From positions 371,070,001 to 371,134,000 of the forward strand of contig OZ024741.1 in NCBI GenBank assembly GCA_964016885.1: a stretch of 64,000 bases of DNA, written 5' to 3'. This stretch comes from Eledone cirrhosa (taxonomy: Eukaryota). The position numbers were made by a program, and so were the translations under genes. The notes under the pieces are model-generated. The model did not search any database. It saw only the letters and a list, made by a program, of their open reading frames with translations, and had not been told where the DNA came from. This document shows positions 25,612 through 39,157 of the stretch, in pieces (the stretch's first letter is position 1; each line of letters begins with the position of its first letter).

Positions 25612-28600
25612 ATCGATGTTTGTTGTATTCAAGAGACCAGGTGGAGGGGGGGGGGGTCTGCTAGATTCATTGTGGGTAAAGAATGATGTTATAAGCTTTT
25701 CTGGGTGGGAAATGACAATGGGCTGGGTGGAGTAGGAATTATGGTAGCAGATAAGATAATAGACGTAAATAGAGTGAACGACAGAATAATTAAAATAATA
25801 CTTGTCGTCAATAGAATTAATGTGACAATAATATCTGCATATGCACCATAATCCGGACTGCCTGGCGTTATAAAAGACAGATTCTATGAGACGTTAATGC
25901 TCACTACCTCCCAAATAACCGACAGTGACTACATAGTTATCGCTGGCGACCTAAATGGTCACGTTGGACAACATTGTGACGGCTATGACGGAATTCATGG
26001 AGGCTATGGGTTTGGTACTAGAAATGAGGAAGCCTCCCAAATCCTGGAATTCTGTGACGCAAATAACCTAACTATCTGTAACACTAACTTCAAAAAACGA
26101 GATAATCACTTGATCACCTATAGATCGGGGGAACACACAAGCCAGGTAGATTATATCCTTACCAGGAGACGTGAGAGAGTGTCTGTTGTAAACACTAAAT
26201 CCCTCCCCCATGAAGAATGCACCTCTCAACATAGACTCATAATTAGCGACCTCATAGTCAGGACGAGACGTACTCAACAACAGAAGAGGACTGTCCTCAG
26301 GAGAAAAATATGGAAGTTAAAAGACACCACAGCCAGGAATAAATTTAAAAGCATATTACTTGATGCTTTTCGTAGTAAGGAAGAGCAATTAGAGTCGTAC
26401 AATATAGAGGAACAGTGGGAATTCCTGAAAGCTAACCTGCTGAAGGCGACAGATGAAACCTGTGGCTGGAGCAGACCTATAGGCAGGAGGAGAGTAACTT
26501 GGTGGTGGAACAGTAAGGTGGAGGGGTCAATTAAGGCCAAAAAGCAGACATGTTCTACAACGCGAGGACCAAAAACGTGAGGTGTTCAGGATTACTAGGC
26601 AATGTGTCAAGGAAAACAGTGATATTGTCAGGGAGAAGTGTGTCCTTAATGATGATGGTGTACTTGCCATCACTGACGCTGATAAGAAGGTAGCTTGGAA
26701 GTGTCACTACGAAAGGATACTAAATGAGGAGAATAATTGGGAGAAAGACAGTCTCCCCCACATCGACCCAATAGAGGGACCAGCAGTGCAAGTTGAAGGT
26801 CGTATAATAAGTAAGGCGATCAAAGACGGGCAAGGCGGCCAGGCCTTCGGAAATAGTTGCTGAAATGCTGAAAGCATCTGGAAGGGTGGGACACACTATG
26901 GTCACTCGGATAGTAAACCAAGTCATACAGAATGGGGTCGTTCTGAAGGACTGGCGCAGCAGCATCATCATTAACTGCTAGTGATGCCCTAGATAGGGGA
27001 AACTATAGAGACATTAAATTAATTGACCAGGTCATGAAGGTCACAGAAAAAGTAATAGCGCAACTAATCAGAGAGCGAATTGATCTAGACGAAATGCAGT
27101 TTGGGTTTGTGTCAGGTAAAAGTACAACAGACCCTCTCTTCATTGTACAACAACTACAGGAGAAGTACCTAGCTAAAAGTAAACCCCTATACTTAGCCTT
27201 TGTTGACTTGGAGAAAGCCTTTGACAGAGTCCCCCGCTTGATTATCTGGTGGGCCCTTAGAAAACTAGGTGTTGATGAATGGCTTGTGAGAGCTATACAA
27301 GCCATGTATAAAGAAACAGTCAGCAAGGTTAGAATTAACAACGAATATAGTGAAGAGTTTAGCGTAAAAGTTGGTGCCCCCTACTATTTATTATTGCCCT
27401 TCAGGCTATAACAGAGGACTTCAAGACCGGCTGCCTATGGGAACTCCTATATGCAGATGATCTAACGCTCATAGCTGAATCAATGGCGGAACTAGAGAAG
27501 AAATTCCAAACATGGAAGCATGGCCTAGAATCAAAAGGCCTTAAAGTTAACTTGTCTAAGACTAAAGTTCTAGTTTGTAGGAAGGAAAATAGGGCACCGG
27601 TCCCACCTGGAAAATGGCCATGCTCAGTGTGTAGGAAAGGAGTAGGCAGAAACTCCATTTTATGTCCCAAATGCAAAGTATGGGTGCATAAAAGATGTAG
27701 TGGGATCACAAGTAAGCTAACTAAGAATATAGATTTTATATGTGGCCGGTGCTCTGGTGCAATAAGTAGCGGCAAGTGCCCACAGAATACTAGCTCATTC
27801 CATTGCACAGATGGTTCTATAGAAATAGTGGACAGCTTCCGTTACCTGGGTGACAAAATCAGCAGTGATGGAGGGTGCTCTGAAAGTACAGTAGCTAGAG
27901 TCAGAACGGGATGGAAAAAGTTCAGAGAGCTTATACCACTATTGGCCGCTAAAGGGTTCTCTCTAAAAATGAAAGGCAGGCTGTATGATGCCTGCATATG
28001 AACAGCAATGTTACATGGCAGTGAGACCTGGGCATTGTGTTCAGAGGATATACGCAGACTGGAGAGAAACGAAGCTTGCATGCTCCGCTGGATGTGTAAT
28101 AGTAATATACGTGAACGGCAAAGCATAAACGAACTAAGGGAGAAATTAGGAATAAAAGGGATCAGATGTTGTTTACTCGAGAGAAGACTACGTTGGTACG
28201 GTCACGTGATGCGCATGAAAGACGACAGCTGTATAAAAAAGTGCAGGGCGATAAAAATAGACGGTAGCCACGGAGTAGGCAGACCCAGAAAAACCTGGGA
28301 CAACTTGATAAATTCCAACCTCACACACTTACACCTCTCCAAGACAATGTCACTGGACCGAGATCTTTGGCGCTACACAGTTATACAGAAGACCCGCCTT
28401 GCCTAACTACAAAGCGAAACCTACAGTCAGTAGGCACCTCTAACAAAATACACCCTCGTCTCACTACCCCACCGCATCCACACCACCCCCTTAAATGTGA
28501 AGTAATGTTGGTACCACAACATCCAGTCCGAAACAAATGAGGTCGTGTACGTGTCACGACAAAAAAAAAAAACACACAGTCCACGCTGTAATGTGGCCGT

Positions 28601-28905
28601 GTAGGTAACACGGTAAAAATCTCCCAGTACACACTGTAAACGTGGTTGGTGTTGGGAAGGGCACCCAGCCGTAGAAAACCCGCCAGATGTGTAGGTGTCA
28701 CGACAATAAAACACACAGTCCACGCTGTAATGTGGCCGTGTAGGTTACACGGTAAAAACCTCCCAGTCCACACTGTAAACGTGGTTGGTGTTAGGAAGGG
28801 CATCCAGCCATAGAAAACCCGCAAGACAACCAATCTTGCCTCAAGTGGGACAATTGCCGTCCAGACCCATGCTAGCGTGGAAAATGGACGTTAAACGATG
28901 ATGAT
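25612..28905 (+). mobile_element. RTE-clade LINE, near full length and decayed (APE, RT, PHD-like finger)
   Basis: APE motifs IQETRW, GDLNGHVG and QVDYIL. RT motifs [16 protein letters not shown] and LLYADD. C4HC3 insert, conserved 3' UTR and (GAT)n tail. Confidence 0.92.
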
Positions 28906-29770
28906 AAGTATGTATACGTACATACATATATGTATACAGACGTACACTAGTATGTATGTATGTATATATATATATATATACATAGATGCACACATATATA
29001 TATGTATGTATGTATTCACCGAACATTTATTATAATGCTCGGTGTGTTTGTAAACAAACATCCCGAATTAAGCCGTACAGTGTCTAGCAACCATCATTGC
29101 TCATTTGTTCAACACTGGCAAATGACGCTGTACTAGTTTCAAGCTTATTAGCTATCATCAGCAACGTATACCTTCCTGCCAGATGGTTGAACGTCTGAAA
29201 GTATATACTTTCCTTATGCATATTAACGGCTGAGCAGCCTAATGTGCATATCGAGTGAGTTAATCGGCCGGGGTACCGAAAACGATAAACGGAAAAAAAC
29301 AAACGAAATTTCATTTCTCACTCTTAGTACAGCTGTTACTTAAATATAAGTATGTATACGTACATACATATATGTATACAGACGTTCAGTAGTATGTATA
29401 TATATATATATATATACATACATGCACACATATATATATGTACGTATGAATTCACCGAACATTTATTATAATGCTTGGTGTGTTTGTAAACAAACATCCC
29501 GAATTAAGCCGTACAGTGTCTAGCAACCATCGTTGCTCATTTGTTCAACACTGACAAAGGAACGCTGTACTAGTTTCAAGCTTATTAGCTATCGTCAGCA
29601 ACGTATACCTTCCTGCCAGATTGTTGAACGTCTGAAAGTATATACTTTCCTTATGCATATTAACGGCTGAGCAGCCTAATTTGCATATCGAGTGAGTTAA
29701 TCGGCCAGGGTACCGAAAACGATAAACGGAAAAAATGAAACGAAATTTCATTTCTCATTCTTAGTACACT
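28906..29770 (-). repeat. Two tandem 437-nt units, each with a hammerhead ribozyme (retrozyme-like family A)
   Basis: Motifs at 29125-29167 and 29562-29604 (minus strand) read acgttg CTGAYGA tagctaataagctt GAAA ctag TA cagcgt. Confidence 0.85.
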
Positions 29771-30487
29771 GTAGGACAGATTGGTTATGAGGGAACTCGC
29801 ACAACTGTCCCAATATGATATATACCAAGGGTATATATCAAATATATATAGTTGAATATTTTCTCTACATGCACCCCCCCCTCACTTTCCACATCTAATG
29901 CACCTCTCTTGCTCAACCCATGGATACAGCATTATAAAGCTGGACATACTCTCCCACAATGCTGTTTGATGTATATGCTAGTGACACAACAAAAGAGCAC
30001 CTAGTCCTCCCTGTAAGGTGACATGATAAAAGAGCACCTAGTCCTCCCTGTAAAGTGGTTGTGTTGGTAACTTGACAAATAAGCACCCAGTCCACCACTC
30101 CGTAAAGTGGTCATGTTTGTGACACGACAAAAAGTACCCAGTCCATCCTATAAAGTGTTCGTGTTGGTGGCACGGCAGAAGGCAACCGGGCTGCCCTGTT
30201 AAGTGGTCAGTCTAATTACACTACAAAAATCTCCACTGTAACGTTATTGACATTAGGAAGTGCATCCAGCTGTAGAAACCAAACCAGAAACAGTTCTGTA
30301 TGACCAAGACACAATCATTTGATCTGACTTTAACTAATGCTAGCATGGAAAAATGTTAAGCAGAGATGATGATTATATACACATGTGTGTGTGTGTGTGT
30401 GTTTGTGTGTAACAAGGAAAAACAACATAGAACAATACAGTATAATTATGATATATTAGTTTAACACTTGTTATAGTAGGAAAAGAT

Positions 30488-30522
30488 TTCTAATGTTTCG
30501 GACATTAGTCCTTCGTTGGAGG
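30488..30522 (-). ncRNA. Degenerate hammerhead-like motif
   Basis: Minus strand reads CCAACGA aggac taat gtcc GAAA cattag. The core has two mismatches and stem I is weak. Confidence 0.35.
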
Positions 30523-30556
30523 ATAGAATGAGTGAGAAGAATAAATAGAGATATAA

Positions 30557-31426
30557 GAAAAAGTTCAGAGAGCTTATACCACTATTAGCTGCTAAAGGGT
30601 TCTCCCTAAAAATGAAAGGCAGGTTGTACGATGCCTGCATACGAACAGCAATGCTGCATGGCAGTGAGACCTGGGCATTGTGTGCAGAGGATATACGCAG
30701 ACTAGAGAGGAACGAAGCTTGCATGCTCCGCTGGATGTGTAACAGTAATATACGTGAACGGCAAAGCATAAACGAACTAAGGAAAAAATTAGAAATAAGA
30801 GGGATCAGATGTTGTTTACTCGAGAGAAGGCTACGTTGGTATGGACACGTGATGCGCATGAAAGTCGATAGCTGTATAACAAAGTGCAGGGCAATAAAGA
30901 TAGACGGTAGTCACGGAATAGGCAGACCTAGAACAACCTGGGACAAGCTGATAAACTCCGACATCACACACTTACACCTCTCCAAGACAATGTCACTGGA
31001 CCGAGACCTTTGGCGGTACTCAGTAACAGAGAAGACCCGCCTTACCTAAATATATAGTAAAACCTACTCCAGCCAGTAGGCATCTCTAACAAAATACACC
31101 CCGTCCCACCACCACCACCCCCACCCCATCCACACCACCCCGTTCTATGTAAAGTTATGTTGGTGCCGCGCCATCGAGGCCGAAACAAATGAGATCGTGT
31201 AGGTGTCACGACAACAAAACACACAGTCCACGCTGTAATGTGGCCGTGTAGGCAACACGGTAAAAACCTCCCAGACCCACACTGTAAATGTGGTTGGTGT
31301 TAGGAAGGGCATCCAACTGTAGAAAACCTGCCAGACAGTCCTATGCGAGCAAGACAATCACTCTTGCCTCAAGTGGGACTACCCCCGTCCAAACCCATGC
31401 AAGCGTGGAACACGGACGTTAAACGT

Positions 31427-31460
<34 letters not shown>
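30557..31460 (+). mobile_element. 5'-truncated young RTE copy
   Basis: Nearly identical to 44932-45808 and 60628-61318, with a (GAT)n tail. Confidence 0.92.
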
Positions 31461-32579
31461 AAGAAAAGAAAGAAAGCAAGAATTTCTTTTTTTTCTGGTG
31501 GAAAATGCTTCAGAAGTTATATATATATAGGAAAAAGAAGTTGAAAATGCAATTGGAGTCTGTAGAATTTATTAATATTAACTTAGAAATATGGAGCACA
31601 TCACAAATTTGATGACACGTTCCATATTTATAAGTTCTTGTAAAACTTAGAAACTCTGATTGCATTTTCAACATCTTTTTCCTATATTTTAACCCATGTG
31701 AGATATAAAAAAAAACCTTACTTTCTCTTATACACACACACACACACACACACATATATTTATATATATATAAGAATTGCATTCACAACCTCATGATTGT
31801 GAGTTTGGTTCCCAGACTAGGCAATGTGCTATGTCCTGAGCAAGACACTTTATTTCATGTTGCTCTTTCTACAGGTAGATAGTATCATCAATGGAAAGAC
31901 CAATGGAAACATTATTTCCTTCATCTGATTTAACGAGTTCCTCGCCACTTGATAACTGAATGTGTGGTAACTAGTCAATCGATATATGTGTGTATGTATA
32001 TATATTATTTGAAAACAGATTCCCTTTGCAGGTGATGGAAAACAAGCAAAGGACAGAATTTGCTGATCTAAGTTATATTTTATGTTAAGAATGTATGTAT
32101 AGTATATTTGATAATATACTGTATGTTTAATTAAAACATTTTGAAGACCATTCGCTATGAATTTTAAAGTAGTGACTATGCCACTTTACTTATTCTTGGC
32201 AAAGACAAAGCGGAGTAATCGACAGCACTGTTTCTCGCTTGTTTGCGGTTATTAAGACTACTTACCCCTTTGTTTCCGCCGAGAATTATAGAACCTGGAT
32301 TCTTATAGAATTCCAGTAATGTTTAAGAGTTGATTAAACAGAGCGGTTGCCGGTCCAGCAAAAATTAGGTATTAGTATTGGGGCTCTGTATATACATTTT
32401 TTCCATTTCAAAAATACTCTACCTGTCTTATTTAACTACTATGTATAGCTGTCTGTATTGTGGGAGCTTCCCAAAGAGCAAACATATTTTCTCATCATTT
32501 TATGTCTGTTTTTCCATGCTTAGATGAGTTGAATAGGTCCTCTCTAGCACAACATCCCTTCACTTGTAGTGTTCCTTCA

Positions 32580-32810
32580 TCTTTAAGGAAACAAAATCCC
32601 TATTCCATATTCTATGACCATCATAGTTATCTTCAGTCCCTGAATAAATTCCAGGCCAGTGTCCTGCTTCAGGTTGTCAACATGTGTGGTCTGACGTCCA
32701 CCATACCTACTCACTTTGTGCTGTAGATCTCTCATGACCAGCTTTGTCACTCTCTCTTCAGGATGTCTTGCACAGTGTCCTTGTAGATGGAGTCTACATT
32801 CTCTGGGAGG
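32580..32810 (-). mobile_element. Decayed RTE-like 3' fragment
   Basis: RLHLQGHCARHPE...GGRQTTHVDNLKQDTGL. Confidence 0.65.
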
Positions 32811-34147
32811 TTTCAATACAGGCATTCATATATCATGTGTTACTTTCACTTCACATCAGAGACAATTTAAAAAAACACATTGTCTGAAGCAGAATATTTT
32901 GTTCTTACTCAACACCCTCTCATAGCAGAGATTGCATCACAAACGCTGGTCTTACTCTTCACTCATTTCTTCTCCTTTCATCTAGGCTCTACACAAAACC
33001 TAGTTTTTCCTTCCTAGTATGCTGTGCTTTTGGAATTCCATCCCTGCCCTTGTTTTTTTTTGTTTTTTTTCCTTTTCTTTTTTGTTTGTTCAGTTGTTGA
33101 CATGCAGGTGTTCATGGGGAATATAAACTGTGTGATTCTCACTAGATTAATGGTGAGTGAGGGGCTGTGAAGACACGATGTGTACAGCATTTCTTTCACA
33201 CTAAACCATTAAAAAAAATTACCCTTTTTTTTCTTTTTTAAACTTTACTGTTTTCATATGCCTTTTAGTCTGTAAATCTGATGTTATATTTCTCTAAACA
33301 AAAGCCAGATGTCTCTGCCACTTCCAACATTCTCTCTTTACCTGGAACAATCCTCCTTTTTTGTTTTAAGATGCAATTCCTTCCAACACTTAATCTCATT
33401 ACATTCGTTCCCTGTGATCTCCATATCTAAACGTCAATTACACAGTTCCTCATGTTACATGTTCAAGTCTGTTAGACCTGGCATTATGCAGGAAGGGTCG
33501 TCATGTAGCTAGTTCATCAAGAAACATTGTTATTTTGGTCATTGATATTCTGAATAACTTCAAATGACAAGTTGTCTTAAACTCAGTTGTATCAGCTGTC
33601 ACTTAATATTGATTTAACATCCAATTTATCTATTCTTTCTTTTATGTTAATAATTGACTTAATGATTGAGTAATTATATTCATAGGCTAAGCTTATTACA
33701 GCAGTATAGATGTGGAAACATACATGGTACCATATGGAAAAATAAAATTCTTAATACAGGGTGAGTAAAAAAAAAAGAACTCACCCCATTTTTGTCTACA
33801 CTCCCTAGAGCTGGGTGGGCTCTACAGTTGGGTCTATGACCAACAACCTCTTTAGTGATGGTGCCATGGAAATGCGCCCAGTACACTCCTTAAGGGTGGT
33901 TGGTAATAGGAAGGGTACCCTACTGTAGAAACCATGGACCCTTAGGTTGTGTCAAAGACACAACCTCTCTAGTGGTGGTGATCTACATGATAAACATATC
34001 CAGAATATGCTGTAAAGTGGTTGGTGATAGGGAAGGCATCCAGCCATAGAAAGTCTGCCAAACAAAGAGTTGGGAGGACCCTTTAGTTGTGTCAAGTACA
34101 TGACAGCCTTCCTAATACTGGTGATCTACACAATAAAAGCACCCATT

Positions 34148-34330
34148 AGGATTGGCAGTATCGGTAGAGGGTCGGACGCCATGCTTTCCAGCATAGTTAC
34201 GTCCCTTTACGATCTGAGTTCAAATCCCGCCGAGGTTGACTTTGCCTTTCATCCTTACGGGGTCAATAAAATAAAGTACCAGTAATGCACTGGGTAATTG
34301 CTGGCCTTGTGCCTAAAGTAGAAACAATTA
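34148..34330 (+). mobile_element. tRNA-derived SINE (Meta/Sauria-like core), inserted among RTE 3'UTR-like repeats
   Basis: Full A/B boxes and core as at 13190-13373. Confidence 0.8.
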
Positions 34331-34764
34331 TATGCTATAAAGTGATTAGTGTTAGGGAGGGCATCCAGCCATAGAAAGCTTGCCATACTAGGTTTTAGGA
34401 GGACCCTTCAGTTTGTGTCAAGAAATGACAACTTCTCAGTATGACTATACGTAAGCGGGATTCTGACCTCCTCTACCTGTCTGGGATGTCAGTAGCCCTG
34501 CTTCAGTACTGACTTGGTCTATGTAGACCCGTCCAACCCTTGCTAACAGGGAACGCAGATGTTAAATGATGATGATACATTATTCACTTTGTGACAAAAA
34601 TTGATGACACTCCAAATATACATAAAAAATTCACTATCAACTCATGTTGTATATTACCCACTCTACTACCCTAAGTATTGAGTACTCTGGTGCGTTATGG
34701 TCCACCTGGTATCTTACTACACCCTCTTTATATATATGCATGTGTGTATATATATATGTGTGAG

Positions 34765-35078
34765 AAGGCATGTGACTTTGTGATTAAGGTATTTGGCTCA
34801 CAACCATACAGTTGTGAGTTTGATTCCTGGTGGTGTGTTGTGTCTTTGAGCAAGACACTTTATTTCCCATTGCTGCAGTCGACTCAGATGGCAAAAATGA
34901 GTTGTACCTGTATTTTGAAGGGCCTGCTTCATCATGTTCGGTGTCATGTTGAACCTCCAAGAGAACTATGTTAAGGGTACGTATGTCTGTGGAATGTTCA
35001 GCCACTTGCATGGTAATTTCACAAGCAGGCTGTTCCGTTGATTGGATCAATTGGAACACTCATCACTGTAACCGATGT
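34765..35078 (+). mobile_element. tRNA-derived SINE (CORE-like)
   Basis: GTGAGTTTGATTCC and TGTCTTTGAGCAAGACACTTTATTTC. Confidence 0.7.
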
Positions 35079-35334
35079 CTGTGAGAGGTAAATGGAAAAC
35101 TGTGTGTTGGGATTTGACAAAGTGGTGAGTTGGAGGAATGGGGTGACCTCTAATAATGTTAGGGAAGTAGTCACTGGTGTCAGGATTTTTAAGAGGAGGA
35201 TATATACTAATGGTGAGAATAGTTAAGGAGTGGTAGTGGAGGGGGCATGGATGGGTGGCGGTGCACAGCTCGGGTGAGGATGGCTACTAAGGAGTGCTTG
35301 TGGAGGAGAGCCACAGATGGGTCAGGTCACATTT

Positions 35335-35782
35335 TATGCTGGTAGGCGGGTCTTCTTCAGTACAGCATATTGCTAAATTTTGCAGTCCTTTGTCATCTCT
35401 GTTGCATAATTCAGTTTCTTAACATCAGTCTTCACAACTTCATCCCATGTCTTCCTGGGTCTGCCTCTTCCATGAGTCCTAACCACTGAGATTTCTCTGC
35501 ATTTCTTTATACAGCTGTCATCTTCCATACACACCACATGTCCATACCAATGCCGTCTTCTCTCTAGTATACTACATCCAATTCTTCTTATACCAAGTTT
35601 TTCTCTCAGTTCACTTACACTACATCATTCATGTACACATCCATTGGAGAATACTCTCTTCATTTCTTTCTAACCTCCGTAGATCTTCTACAGTCTAGGC
35701 CATATTTCACTACAATGTGGCATTGCAGTTTGCATGCCAGCATTGTACAATCTACCCTTCACTCTGATAGAGAAGCACTTTG
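35335..35782 (-). mobile_element. Decayed RTE 3' fragment
   Basis: The reverse complement matches KGRLY.A...RR.WYGHV...[13 protein letters not shown]. Confidence 0.75.
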
Positions 35783-35810
35783 AATGAATATATATATATA
35801 TATATATACA

Positions 35811-36433
35811 CAAAAGAAAATTTCACTCTACATGGCTGAATACAATAAATGTAATCTGAGTTTTTCGAATATTAATAATAACATTCAATTTGTTTGCAAT
35901 TATGCAAACAAGCCTCAGTTTTATAGCCATGTCAGTAGAATGAACACTTCATTCTTGTTCTTATGTTGGCATGCGAACAGAACTGCAGACACTAATGTTT
36001 CTGGGTATCACCCTTCATCAGTACAGCTCACTGTTCACCTGCCAACTGTCAGAGCTAGTGAAAATATATGCTATTTTCAAAAATACACAGTGACTGATCG
36101 GCCTGATTTGCATATTAGTAGACTGGCTGATCAGTCAGATCTGCATATTATCAGATCCACTGATCAACCAGATTTGTATATCAGCAGACTGGCCAGTCAG
36201 TTTTTTGTATACGAGCGATAAATGGCCAGCTTTGCCAAATTCAAATAAAAAAGAAAATTTCACTCTGCATGGCTGAATAAAATAAATGTAATCTGAGTTT
36301 TTCGAATATTAATAATAACATTCGATTCATTTGCAATTATGCAAACAAGCTTCAATTTTATAGCCATGTCAGTAGAATGAACACTTCATTCTTGCTCTTA
36401 TGTTAGCATGCAAACATAACTGCAGACACTAAT
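35811..36433 (-). repeat. 1.4 units of a 437-nt hammerhead-bearing repeat (family B)
   Basis: Motif at 35982-36027 (minus strand) reads gctgta CTGATGA agggtgataccca GAAA cattagtg TC tgcagt. The second unit is truncated in stem III at ~36433. Flanked by (TA)n. Confidence 0.85.
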
Positions 36434-36436
36434 TAC

Positions 36437-36467
<31 letters not shown>

Positions 36468-36624
36468 AATAAATATACATGTGTGTATGATTGTGTATAG
36501 AAGATTATATTAATAAAAGGAATTCCAACTTTGTCTGATTTACTCGTTTTATTTACAATCCTTTAAAATTATAATGATATTATAATGAAATAGTACGGTA
36601 GAATATTAAATGTTAAGTGTTAAT

Positions 36625-36663
36625 TGAACAAGTACTTTCATGCTTTCACAATCTTCAGGTTCA
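36625..36663 (-). ncRNA. Minimal type I hammerhead ribozyme
   Basis: Minus strand reads tgaac CTGAAGA ttgt gaaa gcat GAAA gtac TT gttca. The downstream tail 36508-36608 recurs inverted at ~48496-48590. Confidence 0.75.
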
Positions 36664-37167
36664 TATTCTGTGGTGACAGTCAAGTTTGCAATTTTCGACT
36701 GTAATGAGATGGGTAAATTTTGTGCCTTATATACAGTAAAAAGTGGCTACAGAATGCTAAGTTTTGCAAACTGTATTTCGACCAATCGGTGTGTAGTTTC
36801 ACTGGATTACTAAAGCTGATTGGTTTAGGCGTCACGGTTGGTTGAGCATGTCTAACGACTTCTATTTGACCCTATCCAAAGCATCACTTGTTTTGATATT
36901 TTTAGAAATGATGAAAATAGTATTTTCTAGGGTTTTTATAAAAAATCTTCAGTAATCATCACCATCAACATCACTGTTATTATTATTGTTGTTGTTGTTA
37001 GTGGTGGTAGTCGACATGGTCGTAGGCGTAGTCATAGTAGGAGTAATATCCCTAAGCATTATTATTGTTCATTTAGCTTGGGTTGGAATTTATCAATAAA
37101 ATTCTTTTCTTTAATTTTTCTCTTGATTTCACTTGGGCTGTGTAATTTGTAGAATTCTACAAATTCT

Positions 37168-37795
37168 ATAGATTCCATACACTGGTGGTTTTCCTTGTTT
37201 TATTGATGGTGCACTATCTCTTTCTAGTGTGTTACCTTTTCAACATATTGTATTTTAAAGAGCTCAGGATTCCTTCTCTTTTGAGCACATTATTGACAGG
37301 GAATAGCGAGAGTCTATGGCTCCGTTAATTTATCGTGATATTTCGCTCCTTATAACAGTCTTTCCTCTCTCTCTGTTTGGTTGAGCACACTTCTCTGAGT
37401 GGTTTTTGGGCTGCCATTTCTAGCAGCTTGTCCCTCAGATACCACTGGTTCACTGCCCTAAACACGCTGTGACATCACTCTCTCGCGTATAGCTGGACGG
37501 TCGCTTTAAATTCTCTTAGAGTTGTCTGAAATGTATAGCCTTGCACGCGCTGATGAACCATAGGCTATTCCATTTCAGTCAACTTTCTGGCGAAACAGAT
37601 CTCTTTGGATTTGTACGCGTGTGTTATATAGTTGTAGAGGTGCGTATATACATATTTAATTATATATTTTTAATTATTGTGTGTCTACCCTACCTTTCGT
37701 ATGTGATAGATTCCATACACTGGTGGTTTTCCCTGTTTTATTGATGGTGCACTATCTCTCTCTAGTGTGTTACCTTTTCAACATATTGTATTTTA
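37168..37795 (+). mobile_element. 538-nt-period element with 90-bp terminal redundancy and an internal hammerhead
   Basis: Direct repeat at 37168-37257 and 37706-37795. The hammerhead at 37543-37622 reads gcacgcg CTGATGA acca...tggc GAAA cagatct..ggatttg TA cgcgtgt. Confidence 0.8.
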
Positions 37796-37807
37796 TATAT
37801 ATATATG

Positions 37808-37865
<58 letters not shown>

Positions 37866-37868
<3 letters not shown>

Positions 37869-39157
37869 GATGCGGACGATATTTGTTCGCAATTTTCAAC
37901 TGCTAATTTTATGCAAATTTTTTTTACTTCCGTTGTCACTCTTGTCTTCATAAAAACAGTGACTATATTTCCGTTATTTATTTTCAGAATAATTGATTTT
38001 GAATAATTTTGAACCTCCAAATTTGTGGAAGAGACACAGAGTTCTTCTTGGAATCCGCGCTGGGAGGACAAATAAGGAAATTTCAGACTTTCTCAGCGTC
38101 AGCAGGAGAATGGTGGAAAAGGTCAGAAAGGAATTGGAAGATTCAGGATTCGACTACAAATCAACATCAGAGAGGAAAACACATGATCAACAATCTGACG
38201 CTTTCAGAACGACAGAGTTCGTCGCTGAAGTTCAGGATATCATCAACAATGAACCTAGCAAGTCGATGCGTGCCATTGCAAGGGAGAAAGGCATGGATGA
38301 AAAGCTCATTAGGATGGTGGTACATGAAGACATTCGCTACGTTTCATACAAGATGAGGAAAGGACAATTTCTGTCAAAGGTGATGCAAGAAAAGCGACTG
38401 AAGCACGCAAAGAAGCTGATCAACAAGTTGAAACACCCTCTGGAACCAGACATGCTGTGGTTTTTCTCCGACGAGAAAAACTTCTGCCAAGACCAGATCA
38501 ACTCCCAGAACAACAGGTGGCTCGCTGTCTCATCCAAAAACGTTGCCCAGAATCATGCAGACACAGTTTCCAGCGACAACATTGGTCTTAGGTGTCGTCA
38601 GCATTCAAGGTGACGTCATGTCACCTCACTTCTTCCCTGAGGGCCTCAAGCTGAACACCGATGGCTACATCTGCGTTCTGAGCGAGGTAGTAAAGCCCTG
38701 GATCAACCAGGTAGCTGCAAGTAGGCCGTACGTGTCGCAGCAAGACTCAGCGCCCTACCATACCAGACGAAAGACCCAAGCCTAGCTGTCAGAGAACTTT
38801 GTCGACCACACTTCACCTGACATCTGGCCTCCCAGCTCGCCTGACTGCAACCCCCTCGACTTCTTTGTGTGGGGCGCAGTGGAACGAGACATCAACAGAT
38901 CTAGCTGCAATACGAAAGACGATGTGAAGGCCAGGATCACAAATGCCTTTAGGGGCTTAAGTTGGGGGACAGTGACAAAGGCTTGTAGCCGGTTCCGAGG
39001 CTGTCATCAAAGCCAATGGCGGGTTTATCGAGTGAGATCGAAAGAACAAGTCATGAAGACAAACTGACCTAAGTTTGATAAATATATCTTAAAAAATAAA
39101 ATTACTGTTATTTTTTCCTAGACAGTAATCTTGCGAACAAATATCGTCCGCACCCTG
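37866..39157 (+). mobile_element. Full-length Tc1/mariner DD37D (maT) transposon with frameshifted transposase
   Basis: ~27-bp TIRs and TA on both sides. N-terminal HTH-like region, then FFSDEK, QQDSAP and SPDCNPLDF with 37 residues between the second and third Asp. Confidence 0.92.

Noticed and set aside
28906-29770. Alternative reading of the ~440-nt repeats as Helentron, Crypton or MITE tandem arrays
   Set aside because: No TIR, TSD or CTAG terminus was found, and one conserved hammerhead per unit explains them better.
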